A stretch of 59,312 nt of DNA, filler included, from Sphacelaria rigidula (lineage: Eukaryota), in the NCBI GenBank assembly GCA_964200075.2. It is 10 parts of 10 records of this genome, joined end to end, with 100 filler letters (N's around TTAATTAATTAA, not from the genome) between each part and the next. Parts side by side here need not be neighbours in the genome. Positions count along the whole stretch, not along the records: positions 1 to 5,842 come from CAXNAA020024038.1; positions 5,943 to 11,784 come from CAXNAA020024039.1; positions 11,885 to 17,725 come from CAXNAA020024040.1; 7 more parts are not named here. One strand, written 5' to 3'. Below, one piece after another: positions 1 to 12,200 of the stretch. Both the position numbers and the translations under genes were made by a program. The notes beneath the pieces were generated by a model. It had not been told where the DNA came from. It searched no databases and worked only from the letters and a program-made list of their open reading frames with translations. The stretch's first letter is position 1; every line of letters starts with the position of its first letter.

Positions 1-71
1 GGGGGAGAGATGGGTTGATCCCTTGAGACCACGGACTCATCCCGAGGAAGGGGAAGGGTTCAAAGTGCGAG

Positions 72-75
<4 letters not shown>
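1..75 (+). mobile_element. 3' end of tRNA-derived SINE family A, followed by (CA)n
   Basis: GGGGGAGAGATGGGTTGATCCCTTGAGACCACGGACTCATCCCGAGGAAGGGG matches the 3' part of the full-length copy (44712-44790) and the reverse copy at 55325-55470. Confidence 0.75.
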
Positions 76-107
<32 letters not shown>

Positions 108-454
108 GGTGTAACTGGAGTATCTATTTCAAGTTGCACTGTACTTACTAGCAGCACTTGTGCGAGTTTCTATGAGCACCGATGCGTGGTGGGGTGGTGC
201 TAGCCAGTGGCGCAATCTCCGTTATGTGCATCTACATCGCAGGGCCCCTCATTCTATCTGCTCCCAAAGGTTGTACGCATTCCCTAGTGGTAAAATTCTC
301 TTTTCTCACTCTCGAAGGAATTTTCGAAATGCTTGCATCGTACTTTTTCTTGTCCTTTTGTCTTCCTTTTTTACTTATTTTTTACTTCTCCTCTTCTTCT
401 TCTTTTCCTAGTCTACTCTGTCTGTTCATTCTACTTCTCCTATCGTTTTTCCTT

Positions 455-590
455 CACTTTTCTCCAGCGAGTGTTTCAGTTTTATTTTTTCTCGGGGACG
501 TCCATCATGTGGATAATGACCACGGCGGGATCTTGACTCCTGGGGGGTCAATTGATGTGCTACAATCAAATGAAAAAACCAATCAAAGTG
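455..590 (+). repeat. Dispersed repeat ending in CAAT-type units (probable retroposon 3' end)
   Basis: CAGCGAGTGTTTCAGTTT...CTCGGG.ACGTCCATC.TGTG...GACCACG...CAATCAA recurs at 57545-57650, 56740-56828 and on the minus strand at about 47150-47270. Confidence 0.6.
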
Positions 591-1619
591 GCACATGATT
601 GGCCGAACGCATGCATGTGACTAGCCGCCGGGAGTACCATTCCATACATACACAGTACACGGGCAATCTGTTTTATCTTCGCACCTGAAATCCAGTCAAG
701 CACTGACAGTACAGTTACTGTGTAACTGATCGCATTTCCAAGTAAACACATATCCTCGAAGGCTGGGCGAAGCCGGAAAAGAGCCTTAATCAAGAATTTA
801 TTTGACTGATGCCAGCAAATGTTTCGTGTGCCGACGGTTGTGAAACAACCAAAACATTGATTGTTCGGCAAACAATGGAATGTCACGCGCAAAAGTGTAT
901 CGATATATCGGAATCGGCGATTTTCACCGAAATACATATAGACGATTGGCGATGCGAAGCCAATACGAACGATTTTCGAACATTCACAGTCAAACGATGC
1001 AAGCGGAAATTCCCTGTGCACGGACTTGGAAAATGACCTGCGTCCCATAGTAAGCTGCACCCTCTAAACTCACCGTAGCAGCAGCAGCAGCAGCAGCAGC
1101 ATCGCCAAATTCCCTTCGAATCGCCCTAATTCTTGCTCGACGTTCTTTCCTGATTTCCTTCTTTTGACCCTTGCCGCTTTTCGCACCAATCCTAGGTGAC
1201 GGACGGAGGAAACATGCAGCAGCTTACGTTCACAATGGAATTTAAATCTTTCCAATCGTCAAGTTCAGACGACACCAACATGTTCCCAACGCAAGACTGG
1301 CCCTCATGCAGCGTAGGCTCGTGGACATCGGGTTAAGCACACATACTGATACTTGTCGGATAGAGTGCTTTCTCAAGGGGATTAGGCCAGCTAGCAAGAT
1401 CAGATGCCAAGACTGTCGGGCCTATATCAGAGGCCCTTAGTGGTCTAATGCTACAAATGAGCTACAAATGAAAATAATCATGAAGTCGGACGAAATGTGG
1501 TTTCGATGCCAGGCGGGTGTGTGTTGCCGTCTCATTTATTTTGGACGCCAGTCTACACCTTTCGGTATATGTGGGCGCATCAAACGGGGTCACACAGCAT
1601 TGATGCCGCGATATCGCCC

Positions 1620-1830
1620 CGCCCCCCCCAGAAACATTGCTGGGTTGGGAAGACAAAAATCTACATGTGAATCAAAATGACAGAAGCCGGGCACACCGAG
1701 GGGCTGCGAGTTCCCACGCTGGGGATCGTTTTCGCCAATGTTGCCGCTTCGAGGCGCGTCATGCAGCCTGAAACCAGCTCAATCATGCGCCATATGATCA
1801 TTTTCTTTGCAACAGTTTTGGGGCTGGTGT
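1620..1830 (+). repeat. Dispersed ~210-bp repeat
   Basis: Aligns by eye along its length with 11465-11670 (e.g. GTGAATCAA.ATGAC; TGAAACCAGCT; ACAGTTTTGGGGCTG). Confidence 0.65.
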
Positions 1831-1844
1831 GAGGGGGGGGGGGG

Positions 1845-2330
1845 TACTCATTTGTTGCTTGACTTAGTCGTTTGACCATTGATTACGCATCCCTTTCGAG
1901 ATGGAGCACCGTTCCTACTCCTATTAGAGACCCCTTCAATATTCCGGCGCTCATTACGCTTCTTCCATACATTACCCAAAACCTTGTACATAACTCATCC
2001 CCGTCCTGTTCCGCCGTCTGTGGCCACCATCCATCTCCTAGAATAACCATCGTTTTCTCGCTACTGTCTAATGCGTCAAACGATTCCATCGCACCTTCGT
2101 TTACGTCCCACATTTTCCCCTTTAGTACGTCTCGTTCCTCCTTATATAGTTTACATTCTGCCACTATACGACTTTTGCTCTCTTTGCTCTGCCACAGGGG
2201 CAACTGTCCATCTACTTTCCTCCTCCTTCCGACGACTGGTATATCTCTTTCTTCTTTCTCGCAGGTTCAGGTCCCCCACCCGAAATCGCAGTTTCAAAAT
2301 TTCGCCGCGTCCATTGGGCCGTGCAAATAT
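1845..2330 (-). mobile_element. 5'-truncated non-LTR retrotransposon (LINE) 3' end, frameshifted
   Basis: Minus-strand pieces read LKLRFRVGDLNLRERRKRYTS..., ESKSRIVAECKLYKEERDVL...LDSSEKTMVILGDGWWPQ. Colinear with the copy at 26037-26452. Flanked by the direct repeats TGTGA-G12 (1828-1844) and TGCGA-G11 (2330-2345). Confidence 0.8.
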
Positions 2331-4907
2331 GCGAGGGGGGGGGGGAGGGACTATCGCGGCATCAATCAGGAGGAAGATCAGCACAGGAGTCTTTTTTTAT
2401 TATTATTTTGTTCAGCACTCCACCGTGCTTCTGCGGTGCTTGCCTTTCCTTTTTATCGCGAGAAAGGTTCGATGGTCCCTTCCCGTCGACCGTGAACGTT
2501 GAAAATTGTGTACACACGACAAAGTCGCTCTTCACCGTTGGCCGTGATGTGAGAAAAAATCCCAGATTCTTCTAAATCACGTTCCATGAGTTTGTGTCTG
2601 AATCAACGCTCGAGGGCCGTAACATGGCCATTAACGCATAGAATGGTCAAACTCCATTGTCCCCGACACTGTCAGGACGTGTTCTTGGAACAGAAAGCCT
2701 TAGACGCTACAAGGATCAAGAGTGAAGAGCAGTGACGCGGTGCGCCGAAGTCTGCAATAATTGGGCAAAGTCGGAGCGGCTGCATGACTTTAGTACCATT
2801 TTAATGTGCTCTCCCCTAAGGATTCACGTTGTTTTCTTGTCCGCCCGCCCGACAGGTTGGAGGGTATCACGGAGGGGGGGGGCGCGTCACAAACGAGTAA
2901 CGACTCAAATGTACTATAATTTCAAATTACTCGATCGGCTAGTCACAATTTCTCCTGCTCGCACCAAACACATACCCCCTTGAGTGATAAATATTTCAAC
3001 TCCTCTAACAGCACCATTGTTGAAGGTGGTGGCGCCATATTTCTCCAGATAAATAGGGCACAAAGATCTGCCACCCAGATGGGGGTGGTTTGTACCGTCA
3101 TCTACTGTACTCCTTTGACTACTTCGCTGAACGCCGTACTCCACGAGTACCTTTGATATGTCGGGATATTTTGCCAAACACCCAGCACCATTAATGCTAG
3201 CGTCGCAGTGGCTGCAAATGGGTGATAAAATCAAAGTTGGCATAAAACTACGGGAGGTATAGATGTGGGCAATCGACCTGAATACAGCAGTACCACCCAG
3301 CTGACATGCACAGACAAGGAACGTTTTCAAAGATACTGTCTACTTGTAACCAGACCCACATCTGCTGAACTGTACCGTACTGTAGTACCCGTACATATCT
3401 CATACCTTGCTGCCTTAGCCTTGTGCTTTGCATCGATAACCTCCGCGCCAGTGTCGGCAGTATGATCACTAGCACCGCTAACACCTCCACCACGCGCACG
3501 CTTGGCTCTAGCGTTTGCCTTTTCCAGCAGTCTGCCTAGTAGCACATCTCTCTGTGTTACCCCGGCACCAGCGGCAGGCTTCCCATCTACCGTACCATCA
3601 TGGTCTGAGTCGCTTTCAGCTGTGAACCGTTGCACCTGAAACATTACTCAAAACGCTACAACTTCCTCCTTTATGCTCTGTGCAGCTTGGTCCTGTACAA
3701 AACACTACTCTACAGCGCTATGTTGTACCACTGTGTTGCGTGCTGTCCGTCGAAATAGGCGCTTTTCGGCTTTACGCCCATAGAACGCACTGAATTAAAT
3801 GATGTAAATAGTGAGTCATGTTCTTCGTTACGAACAGCAAAAAGTCCAAACACGAACAGCTGTGGTTTCGCGCCTATCATATGTGTACATTTCTCTCGAT
3901 ATATCAGGAGTTCAGCAACGATCCATAACTTGAATAAAAGCCCTGAATATGGGCAACAGATTTAAAATGCCTACTATTTCCCACCGTGACGGCATCTGGC
4001 ATACATTCCCTTCTGAAGATGGAGCAAATGCTGTCCGAAAATTTTCCGGTTGGTGGCGAATGGTGTCTTCCCCTGGGCATGTTTTTTTTTTGTTGGGGGG
4101 TAGTTGGTACTGCTGCGACGCGCACACCGCCTTTCGGCCCTGAAGAAACACTCGGTATAGAAGATGTTAAGGTGTCTGTATGTGGATGATGTGCAGCGAA
4201 AACGGGTTGTGACATCGTAGCTCGACCGTTCGAGGGAGTTTTCATCAACAGTATGAGAACAACGTCTCGATATTAGTAAATAACTATGAAGAATAAATGT
4301 TTCGCGATTCAGCGCTGGTTCTCGCCGGAGTACAGGAGTGCAGTATATTGTAGTAGTACGGAGCGTTGGTGCGGATTGTGCCACCTTGGAGAGTCTTCCT
4401 GTACTTTTTTTCGAGAGGATTTCAGCGCCATACCCGACCTTTTTTTCGGGCGCCCACTGACTTTGGGAAGGATTATCGATTCGTCAAACAGCCCATGAAA
4501 AAAATGAAAAAGTTTATGGAAACACACACCGACGGTCTCAGAGAAACACGGTAGTAACACAAATATTTTGAGTTCACCGCCAGGACAGCGGAGTTAACAC
4601 GCAGGGGGGAACAGGTAATGCTGTACCAGCACATCAAGTCCTTGGAGACGGAAGGGAAGAAGGGGTGTGGCTAAATCTACATCAGAAGCGCGTCAGAGCT
4701 GTTGCGGGACAAGCAATGTCCTATAAACGTGGAAAGAGTGCTTCGAGAAGCTTTTAAACGCAATCTCGCCTGCGCTCGACAACTCTGCTATAGAACAGAT
4801 GCAAGAGAATGCGCGCCAACGCGCCAAAGCTCTTGGCGCGTTGTTTCAGGTCACGCAGCGTATGGTTATAATCGGCGAGAAGCAAGGCGGACACGGCGTC
4901 ACCGGCT

Positions 4908-4942
4908 TGTGACGGTTTTAGAGACAACCAACTAGACTACTG
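4908..4942 (+). mobile_element. LTR 5'-terminal fragment (TGTGACGG...)
   Basis: TGTGACGGTTTTAGAGACAACCAACTAGACTACTG matches, with one mismatch, the reverse complement of 41615-41649. It starts with TG and abuts integrase sequence. Confidence 0.55.
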
Positions 4943-5842
4943 TCACTGCTGCCAGCACAGCGGACATTCTTGTCCATGACTACATCAAGCACTATGGCTG
5001 CCCAAAACGGCTCCTCTCCGACAATGGTCAACAATTTTGCTTCGACCTCTCGGATGCTTTGTACAAGCTCCTCGGCATTCGCAAAATTGCCACGAGCGCC
5101 CACCACTGAACGTGTGAACCACACGATGGCTCAAATGCTATCCATGGTCGTCAACGACCGACAAAATGATTGGGACCTTCATCTCTCGCATGTCATGTTG
5201 TCTTACAACAATTCGGTTAACGCGGCTACGGGCCTCTCGCCCAACGAGCTGCACCTTGGACGCTACCCTCGTCTGCCCATCACCGTTTTCGAACGTCATA
5301 CCTTTGATGGTCACCAAGGTCTGGAACAGGATCAGATTTCCTACCACGACCTCGCCAGGGCTCGTCAGCGCAAAGCTTTCACCTTGGTGCGCGAACAACA
5401 CGCTATCAACGTCTCACGCCTTGAAAGATCCAATAGTGCCCTCTACAACTTGATGCACAAACGTCCTACTTGGAAGATCGGCGATTGGGTCTGGATCTAC
5501 AATAGTTTGTCCACCATCCGTCAAGGCGCTGACCGTGCTGCCCAGGCAGCAGTCTTGAAGACGAAATTGTCCCTCAATTGGACGGGTCCGTTCAAGATCC
5601 TCATAGTCGGACCCTCGCCGACATCTCCTGACGGCAAGCCCGTTGGCGACAAACTCCTCTACCTCGAATTACCTCGTGACCTCCAGGGGCACGACGCTAA
5701 ATCTCGCGTCTCTGTGCATCGTTGCAAGCCCTGCACGAACCCGCATGACACCACGGACATGCCTCAATACCTGCCTGCAGGTCTCACCCAATACGTGCTT
5801 AACAGCTATTCCACAAAATCCCCACCGTATCACGTTACCACC
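4942..5842 (+). mobile_element. Ty3/Gypsy integrase core and C-terminal region (disrupted, cut by contig end)
   Basis: VTAASTADILVHDYIKHYGCPKRLLSDNGQQF...LGIRKIATSAHH, then a frameshift/deletion near 5105, then ERVNHTMAQML...QNDWDLHL...YNNSVNAATGLSPNELHLGR...KLSLNWTGPFKI (GPY/F motif). Confidence 0.93.
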
Positions 5843-5942
5843 NNNNNNNNNNNNNNNNNNNNNNNNNNNNNNNNNNNNNNNNNNNNTTAATTAATTAANN
5901 NNNNNNNNNNNNNNNNNNNNNNNNNNNNNNNNNNNNNNNNNN
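5843..5942. other. Artificial contig linker (first of nine)
   Basis: 44 N + TTAATTAATTAA + 44 N. Identical linkers at 11785-11884, 17726-17825, 23667-23766, 29608-29707, 35549-35648, 41490-41589, 47431-47530 and 53372-53471. All segments are 5841-5842 bp. Confidence 0.98.
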
Positions 5943-6375
5943 CCGTATATCTCCAGGTGTTCTTCCTCGTCTACTTTACGTCTGAGCGCTCCATTATCCC
6001 TTATTTCAATCATATCTCTTACTGTTGCCTTGTACCTCGCGTCTTCATCTATGGACAGTATCTCATCTTGGTTTCCTTCTAGCTCCTTCCATATTTTCTC
6101 GACCTCTCTATCTTACCTTACTCCAGCCTGCCCTTTCGTACTTTTCTTCCATACAGCCCTATCAACTATAGCTGGCAATCTCTTTATCTGCATGTTCTTT
6201 ACGCTATATTGCCATCTCAATTTCCTCATGTCTCTGTATTAAGTGAGCACATTCCCAACTCTGCTCTCAAAACTGTATTACTCGTCGTTTTTGAGCATCC
6301 AAATATTTTCTTAGCTGCTGCCATCTTCACTATTTCCGACCTTTCCACCAACTTCGCGTTCCCCTCCCATAAATC
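5943..6375 (-). mobile_element. LINE ORF2 internal fragment, downstream of the RT domain (degenerate)
   Basis: Minus strand reads WEGNAKLVERSEIVKMAAAKKIFGCSKTTSNTVLRAELGM...LKWQYSVKNM..KRLPAIVDRAVW...EEHLEIY. The 'LRAELG' post-RT motif is typical of LINE ORF2. Probably the same family as 1845-2330. Confidence 0.75.
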
Positions 6376-7697
6376 GATTTTACCAAAGTTGGAATATGCA
6401 GGAGGGGGAGGGGGGCGGGGCGTACTCAATTGTTGCTTGTCTTACTCGTTTGACCATTAACCGCGCACCCATTTCGCAGTAGATTTTACCGTCATTGGGC
6501 TACGAATTTCCATGGTTGATATTATTTCATTTGAGTGTGTACAACGAGAATCGGATGTTTAGTAGGGCTGGTATTCCCGGATGCTCCTCGCGTGCGCAGA
6601 ACGCGTTTTCGTCGAAATCGGCGTCACAGGCGCCGATTTAGGGTCTACCAAGGCCACACTTTGGCCAGGGGATCTGTGTACCGCCGTTGATGTTTCCATC
6701 ATGATGCATGCAGATATGAGTCGCCCCACACGCTGGTCCCGTTGCTTGAGACAAAAAAAAGTCCCACCCTTAAGTGTTCGCTCGGGGTTTGAGAGCAAGA
6801 ACTTGAAATTTCGAGACGAGGTGCACGGTAACCGTTCGAAATTCATCACTAGAGCAGTAGAATAGTTGTTTTCCCTTTTGTTTCTTGTTCTTTTGCATAA
6901 TCAAGTTCATTTGAATGGATTTCCGGGAAAAAGATTCGCCGATTTTTTGGAGTTTGGAAGAAAAAAAAATCAGAAAAAAAAAGAGAAATGGTTGTAGTGA
7001 TGACCTCCAAATTATTGTTACGTACGTACCTCTTCTCGAAATTTCATGTCCGAACTCTCAAGCCTCGAGCAAACAAAAAACGTGTAGAGAGTCCCAAGCG
7101 CGTGATAACCCTAAATTTACGCTTTTTTTTTTTGTAGATATTCTCCTCAATATATTTGTTTTGGCCGTAAGGTTCACACGGCGACGAGTGAGAAGCTGAA
7201 ATGGGTACCATTATCACTACCTTGATGTCAGCTACACGCCCACCATTTTTTTTCAGCGCAGTCGGACGGACACGCGTTCGTGTATCTGCTTGATTTTTGT
7301 TTCCAACTCGCCAGCATCAGGTTCCTCCACCAGGCCGTATTTCGGTATCCCATGACAGTGATGAATTATGAAACATGCAAGGTCGTGCTCTGTAGCGTAT
7401 ATCGGCTGAAAAATTGAGTATTTACAAAAGTATGAATGGAGGGATTGATTCCATCGGCAATTAAATGCCCTTCCGAACCACACCGGATATATCCGGAACA
7501 AGACTGGATACCCTGCTGGACCATACCGCAACGTTCCAGACCTTGGACAATATATGATCAGAAATGTGCAGCAATAGACAAGACATGTACTACGTAAAGT
7601 GTGGGCATATTGTGATTGTTGTCAGCGATAGAACAGTCGCAATAGGCTTATACTTTACGCCGTACATTTCTTGTCTATTGCAACTATTGACCATATA

Positions 7698-8306
7698 CTT
7701 CCTCTGTGCCATAAGTAAAGGTCCTTATAATTGCACGGACCCTTGGCGATGTGATATTTGATTTTCGATCTTTTTATTGCATTCTTCGGCGTTTTTTTAG
7801 CTAAAACCAACATTCTTTCTACAACGTGGGTGCTTGGCCTATGCAGCCGCGCGGCCGAGAAAAAGTAGGCCGGTCCAAAAATATCCATTATCCGCTCATT
7901 TTCCCAGGAAAGCATGAGAGACCCGAGAACACGAAAAATCGCGCAAAATGGACCAGAAAATGTGAAAATCGTGAACCCACCATGGACTCCGGACATGTTC
8001 GTGATTTTAACCTACGCACGCGCCATCCAACATTTTGTTAGCATGTAATTGCTAGTGCTCGACGTGAAAATGTCCAAAATCGGTCAATGATGGGGTGTAG
8101 ACGGATCAAAAAGGGTCAAATTGGGGTATATTTCGACATAATTTTATTGATGAAAACTTACATTTTTCTCGTTTTTTTTTCTTTATCAGCTTCGTCTGCG
8201 CTTCACCTCTCTAACGAACCCAACCATAGGATGATCGTCAACGTTAAAATGCCAAAACGATTAAACAAACGCGCATAAGGACCTTTGCTTAATGGCGCAG
8301 AGGAAA
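7698..8306. mobile_element. Stowaway/mariner-like MITE (609 bp)
   Basis: ~32-bp imperfect TIRs CTTCCTCTGTGCCATAAGTAAAGGTCCTTAT and ATAAGGACCTTTGCTTAATGGCGCAGAGGAAA, with TA on both sides (7696-7697, 8307-8308). Confidence 0.75.
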
Positions 8307-8895
8307 TATTTCTGAAGATGTGGAATTTTCTGCACACATTTCGGTATGGCTTGATTTAGTATGCCAACCGAAAATATGCACACTTTCGGGTATACCCGAT
8401 AACTATACAGGACATCACCTTGGAAAAATGCTTGGATAGCCGATTCGAGCGCGTGGCACACTTCAGGTTGGTGTACCGCTGCAGGGAACCTCCTTGCTGT
8501 GTTACTTTTTGCTACTATTCGTCCTCTTTGTGCCGGATACACTCTTTGCGACTCAGTACCTAGCGGGATCAGCCTGCGTCCGTTCTTCCACAATGTACTT
8601 GTACAACAGTATCTAGATATTATCGCTCTACAAAGTCTGGGTAAGAGTTCTATCGACAGGAGGAGTAAGTTGAGTGCGTGAAAACAGTACAGCACGGCGC
8701 GCAGACGCAATAGACTATGATACATGGCGGCAGCATTTTTCACTTTCCGTCCCAGTAGCGTGCGCAAATTGCCGTAGCCCCGTAAAATACCGAACGCACT
8801 CGTGTCGCACCAGCCCTGAGGTATCTGTGTTCACTGCTTGCGGATGATGTTTACACCGATCGATTGTTTGTTTCCCCCCCGGATGCACTGCGCAG

Positions 8896-10960
8896 CTGCA
8901 GAAAGGGTCTGTCTGGTGTGTGGAGTGGGACCCTCTGTCGCCAAATCGCTTAGCCATCGGACCGAGCAGCAACGTGCCCTTCCACTTGTGGGACGTGGAG
9001 ACAGGGAAGATAACCTCCATCGCTAAGGTGCGCCGTTTTTTTTTCGCGTCGTGGAGAAGAGGGGTCATGAGGGGAGCAGCGTAATGTTTTTATTTCCCAA
9101 AGAGTTCTGAAGCTAGCTAGCTAGCTAGCTAGCTGCTGTTCAAGTGGGTCTACTGTAGTGCATTACACCATACGACGTCGCAGTTTTGTTCCCGGTCTTT
9201 GTGTCTGGCGGGAAGGTACCGGCTGATGGAGTGCGATCGGCGACCTTGTTGATGAGTGTGGGGGCGATGTGATTCCTTTGCTTCTCCGTAATTCGTCAAC
9301 ACTGTTGCCTCCGAAAGGATGCTTTTCCGATTTGTCACCCTCACGGAACAGCACGGCGGTGCACATCCTTAGCAGTAGCAAGATCCTGAGGAAAAAAGAA
9401 ATGAAAAAAATCGAGTGCCATTTTTCCATGTACATTCTCAGACATTGCTCATTGGCCCATGGATTATGTAGTGACTGCTACACACACTGTGCTGTGCTGG
9501 ATGTACTCGCCGCGAAGGTGCTAATGGGTCCTTTGTATCACCTCCCCCTGTTGATAGTGTTGCATGTTATGCTCATATTGTTCGAGGCTACTGTATATGA
9601 ACCTCAAACGTGTCCTCGAGCTCTGGATGCAGTGGAATATGGTACAAGCTATTTCATTTTAATACCTCCCCCCCCCCCCCCCCCCCCCCCCTTCGCCCCG
9701 TCGCCCCGTCGTTCCCTCTATCTCCGCTGCACCACACGCACACGGTCGCTCGTATCTGTTTTGTCTTGTCTGAAAAAGCTCACGAGCGATGTATTTTCTA
9801 TCGCCTATCTGTCTCAAGCCGCTCCCGGCGCGGGCTATACCCTCCTGTGTGGGTTGAGGAACGGGGCGGTCGTGCTCCTCGACTCCCGTATGCCGCAGGC
9901 AAGCCAACCCTTCTCAGGCGATCACTTTAGCGATGCAGCCGGCTCGGGCCACATCAATCCTGCGTCCAGCCTGTGGTCTGGAGCACCGGTCGGCCCGGGC
10001 GGTTGGGCTAGCAGCGCTCCAAACGTCGGCCGTAACAGCAGCCGATCGGGGTTCTCACTCCCAGGCAGCATCTTGGACAGACGCCACGCTAGAAGCGGCA
10101 GAAGCACCGTCGCCGCCATCGGGCAAAACGACTACACCGATGTTATGCCGGTAGCCATCCTCCCGACCTCAGTAGACCACATGCATGTTTTGCGTGACGG
10201 CAGACGTTGCCTCGTCCGGGACAGATCAGGCGGCCTCCAAATGTTCGACTTACGAGGCGGTTCGGGTGGCGGTTCGGGTGACGATGGCTGGGGACAGGCA
10301 CGAGGCAGCAGCGGGATAGCATCCAAATGCGGGATACGCCCACCATGCGGGGCACTCGTGAAGGTCTTCGTGCCGCCGGCCCCACGCAGGTGGGCGGGGA
10401 CTCCAGGAAAATTCGCTCTAGACCCTGGAGAGACGGTAGTCGCATCGCCAATTCCCCCCGCCACGCGCGGCCGCAGCGGCCGCAGCCGACGAGGAGGGTC
10501 AAATACTCCACACGTGCCATCGACAGTTGCGTCCGCGTGGGATCCGTTTGCCGGCCACAGTTCTGACAGCGATGAAATGCCCCTTCTGACGACCCACTAT
10601 GGCGGCGATAGTGATGACGACCGCGGCGGTGCGGCGGGCGGGAGCGGCCGCCGGAGGCCACGTGGTGCCGGGGCTAATTTCTTCTTTCCGCGTGAGGATT
10701 CCGAAGAATCGGGCTGGGACCGGTTGAGGATCTCGAGCGTGAGCTCGGGAGACGTAGTTTCTGACGTGGTCACGCCGTTTAAGAAGCTGTCGCTGGCACG
10801 CGGGACTTTGGGGGTGCGCGGGGCGACGGGGGTCGTCGGACAGAGTGGGTTTTGCCATGGGGATGTGGTGTTTCGAGGGATTGCGACGTGTCCCAGGCGC
10901 GACGCGCGTGTGCTGGTTGAAGCGGCGCTGTGGCCGGAGGAGGAAGAGGAGAAGCAGTGA
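8896..10960 (+). CDS. DCAF4: WD40-repeat protein, DCAF4/WDR21-like; last two exons 8896-9027 and 9779-10960 (5'-partial)
   Basis: Exon 8896-9027 (cag|...AAG|gtgcg) encodes LQKGSVWCVEWDPLSPNRLAIGPSSNVPFHLWDVETGKITSIAK. It joins in phase 0 to LTSDVFSIAY...LLCGLRNGAVVLLDSR...SVDHMHVLRDGRRCLVRDRSGGLQMFDLR, which parallels the DCAF4 SDV...NGCRSG..F.IDLR...SAV....L.D...L...D..G.I..WDLR pattern. Orthology is from recall, not a search. Confidence 0.72.
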
Positions 10961-11464
10961 CTGGCGGTTTTGCGTGGTTTTGCATACTTTTTCTTGTAGA
11001 CACGCTGGGATTGGCAGCTTTGCTTGTGATCGATAGTCAGTTGGAGTCATCGATGGGTTTGTTATGGAGCATAGTGTGAAGAGCTGAGCCGCTTGGCTGG
11101 AGAGGGTAGTCGTACTGTATCACAACTGTAGTGGTTTTTCAATCGAATCTACATATATATATATATATGTATATATGTGCAATAACACGTGAGCTGGGGT
11201 GGATTATCACGGGGTTTTCGCACCACGAAATACGGTAGGAAGCGATGGTTTTTCGTGGACATGGTGATATTCATGTGTACCTGCATACTGCACTGTACTG
11301 TATCTTCACAAGACTTCACGACGGGTGGACCCGGGTACTTTGGTTACGCGCGGCAAATTGACACGTACCGAAAATGGTTTCCCGCCATGAGCTAGCTCAT
11401 CAGCAGGGGGAATGTTTTCCACACCCTGTGGACTGATTCCATCATAGCCCCTCCCCCCCTACCC

Positions 11465-11670
11465 TCCCCCGAGAAAAGTGGCTGGTTTGAGGAGGCAAAA
11501 TGTACAGGTGAATCAAGATGACCAAAGCCGAACATGCCGAGCAGCTGGGAACTCTCACGCTTGGGATTGTGCTCGCCGACATCGCCCATGTGAGGGGTTT
11601 CATGCAGCTCTGAAACCAGCTACCACGCGCGCGATATGGACATTATCTTCGCGACAGTTTTGGGGCTGCT
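11465..11670 (+). repeat. Dispersed ~210-bp repeat, second copy
   Basis: Colinear similarity with 1620-1830. Confidence 0.65.
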
Positions 11671-11714
11671 TCGTGTGGGGAGCTGTCGCTGCATATTAGT
11701 CGTAGATACCTTGC

Positions 11715-11784
11715 CGCCGCGCCCCGGTGGTGTAATGGTCCGACTGTCGCCATTAGGGTGGAGAGAACGGGGGTTCGATTCCCG
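11715..11784 (+). mobile_element. tRNA-like head of SINE family A (cut by contig end)
   Basis: A box TGGTGTAATGG and B box GGTTCGATTCC. Two mismatches to 35481-35548; homologous to 44485-44555. Confidence 0.75.
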
Positions 11785-12014
11785 NNNNNNNNNNNNNNNN
11801 NNNNNNNNNNNNNNNNNNNNNNNNNNNNTTAATTAATTAANNNNNNNNNNNNNNNNNNNNNNNNNNNNNNNNNNNNNNNNNNNNGTGTGGGTGGGGGGGG
11901 GGGGGCGCGGGGGTACTCATAGGTTGCTTGCCTTAGTCGTTCGACCATTGACCACGCATCCCTTTCGAGACGGAGCAGCTTTTCTTCTGGGAGGGAGGGG
12001 AGGCAGGGGGACAT

Positions 12015-12200
12015 ATTTTTTCAACTCCTCCCCTTCCTCTGGATGGGTCCGTGGTGTCTGTGGATCAACCAACGACGCCATCTGTACGCGGTCTGCAATT
12101 TGGTGTCGCGGGTTGGATCAGCACGCCAGCACCGCGTCGAACATTGTCATACTCTTTTTGCTGCTCAAATCCTCTCGCTCTCAACGACGCAAATCAGATT
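12015..12200 (-). mobile_element. Diverged SINE family A body
   Basis: Reverse complement reads GACGCGGTGC...TGCTGATCCAACCCGCGACACCAAA...GTTGATCCACAGACACCACGGACCCATCCAGAGGAAGGGG, matching 44650-44770. Confidence 0.65.

Noticed and set aside
566..1060. hAT transposase fragment
   Set aside because: Only a vague TR..W...L.RLR resemblance, with no other motif or TIR found.
2914..3700. Minus-strand gene or transposase remnant
   Set aside because: Coding-like composition, but stops interrupt it and I could not establish a consistent splice model or family.
5843..5942. TTAATTAATTAA recurring every ~5941 bp as a biological periodic motif
   Set aside because: It is embedded in fixed N44 pads, gives stops in all six frames, and separates equal-length segments. 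It is an artificial linker, so no cross-linker synteny can be inferred.
9269..9778. N-terminal 170 aa of the 563-aa ORF
   Set aside because: It lies within the intron 9028-9778 (poly-C tract, pyrimidine-rich acceptor). The real upstream exon is 8896-9027.
11715..11784. Functional tRNA gene (also 35481-35548, 23767-23834, 57119-57190)
   Set aside because: The arms are irregular, and the full-length copies continue into a shared non-tRNA body, as SINE heads do.
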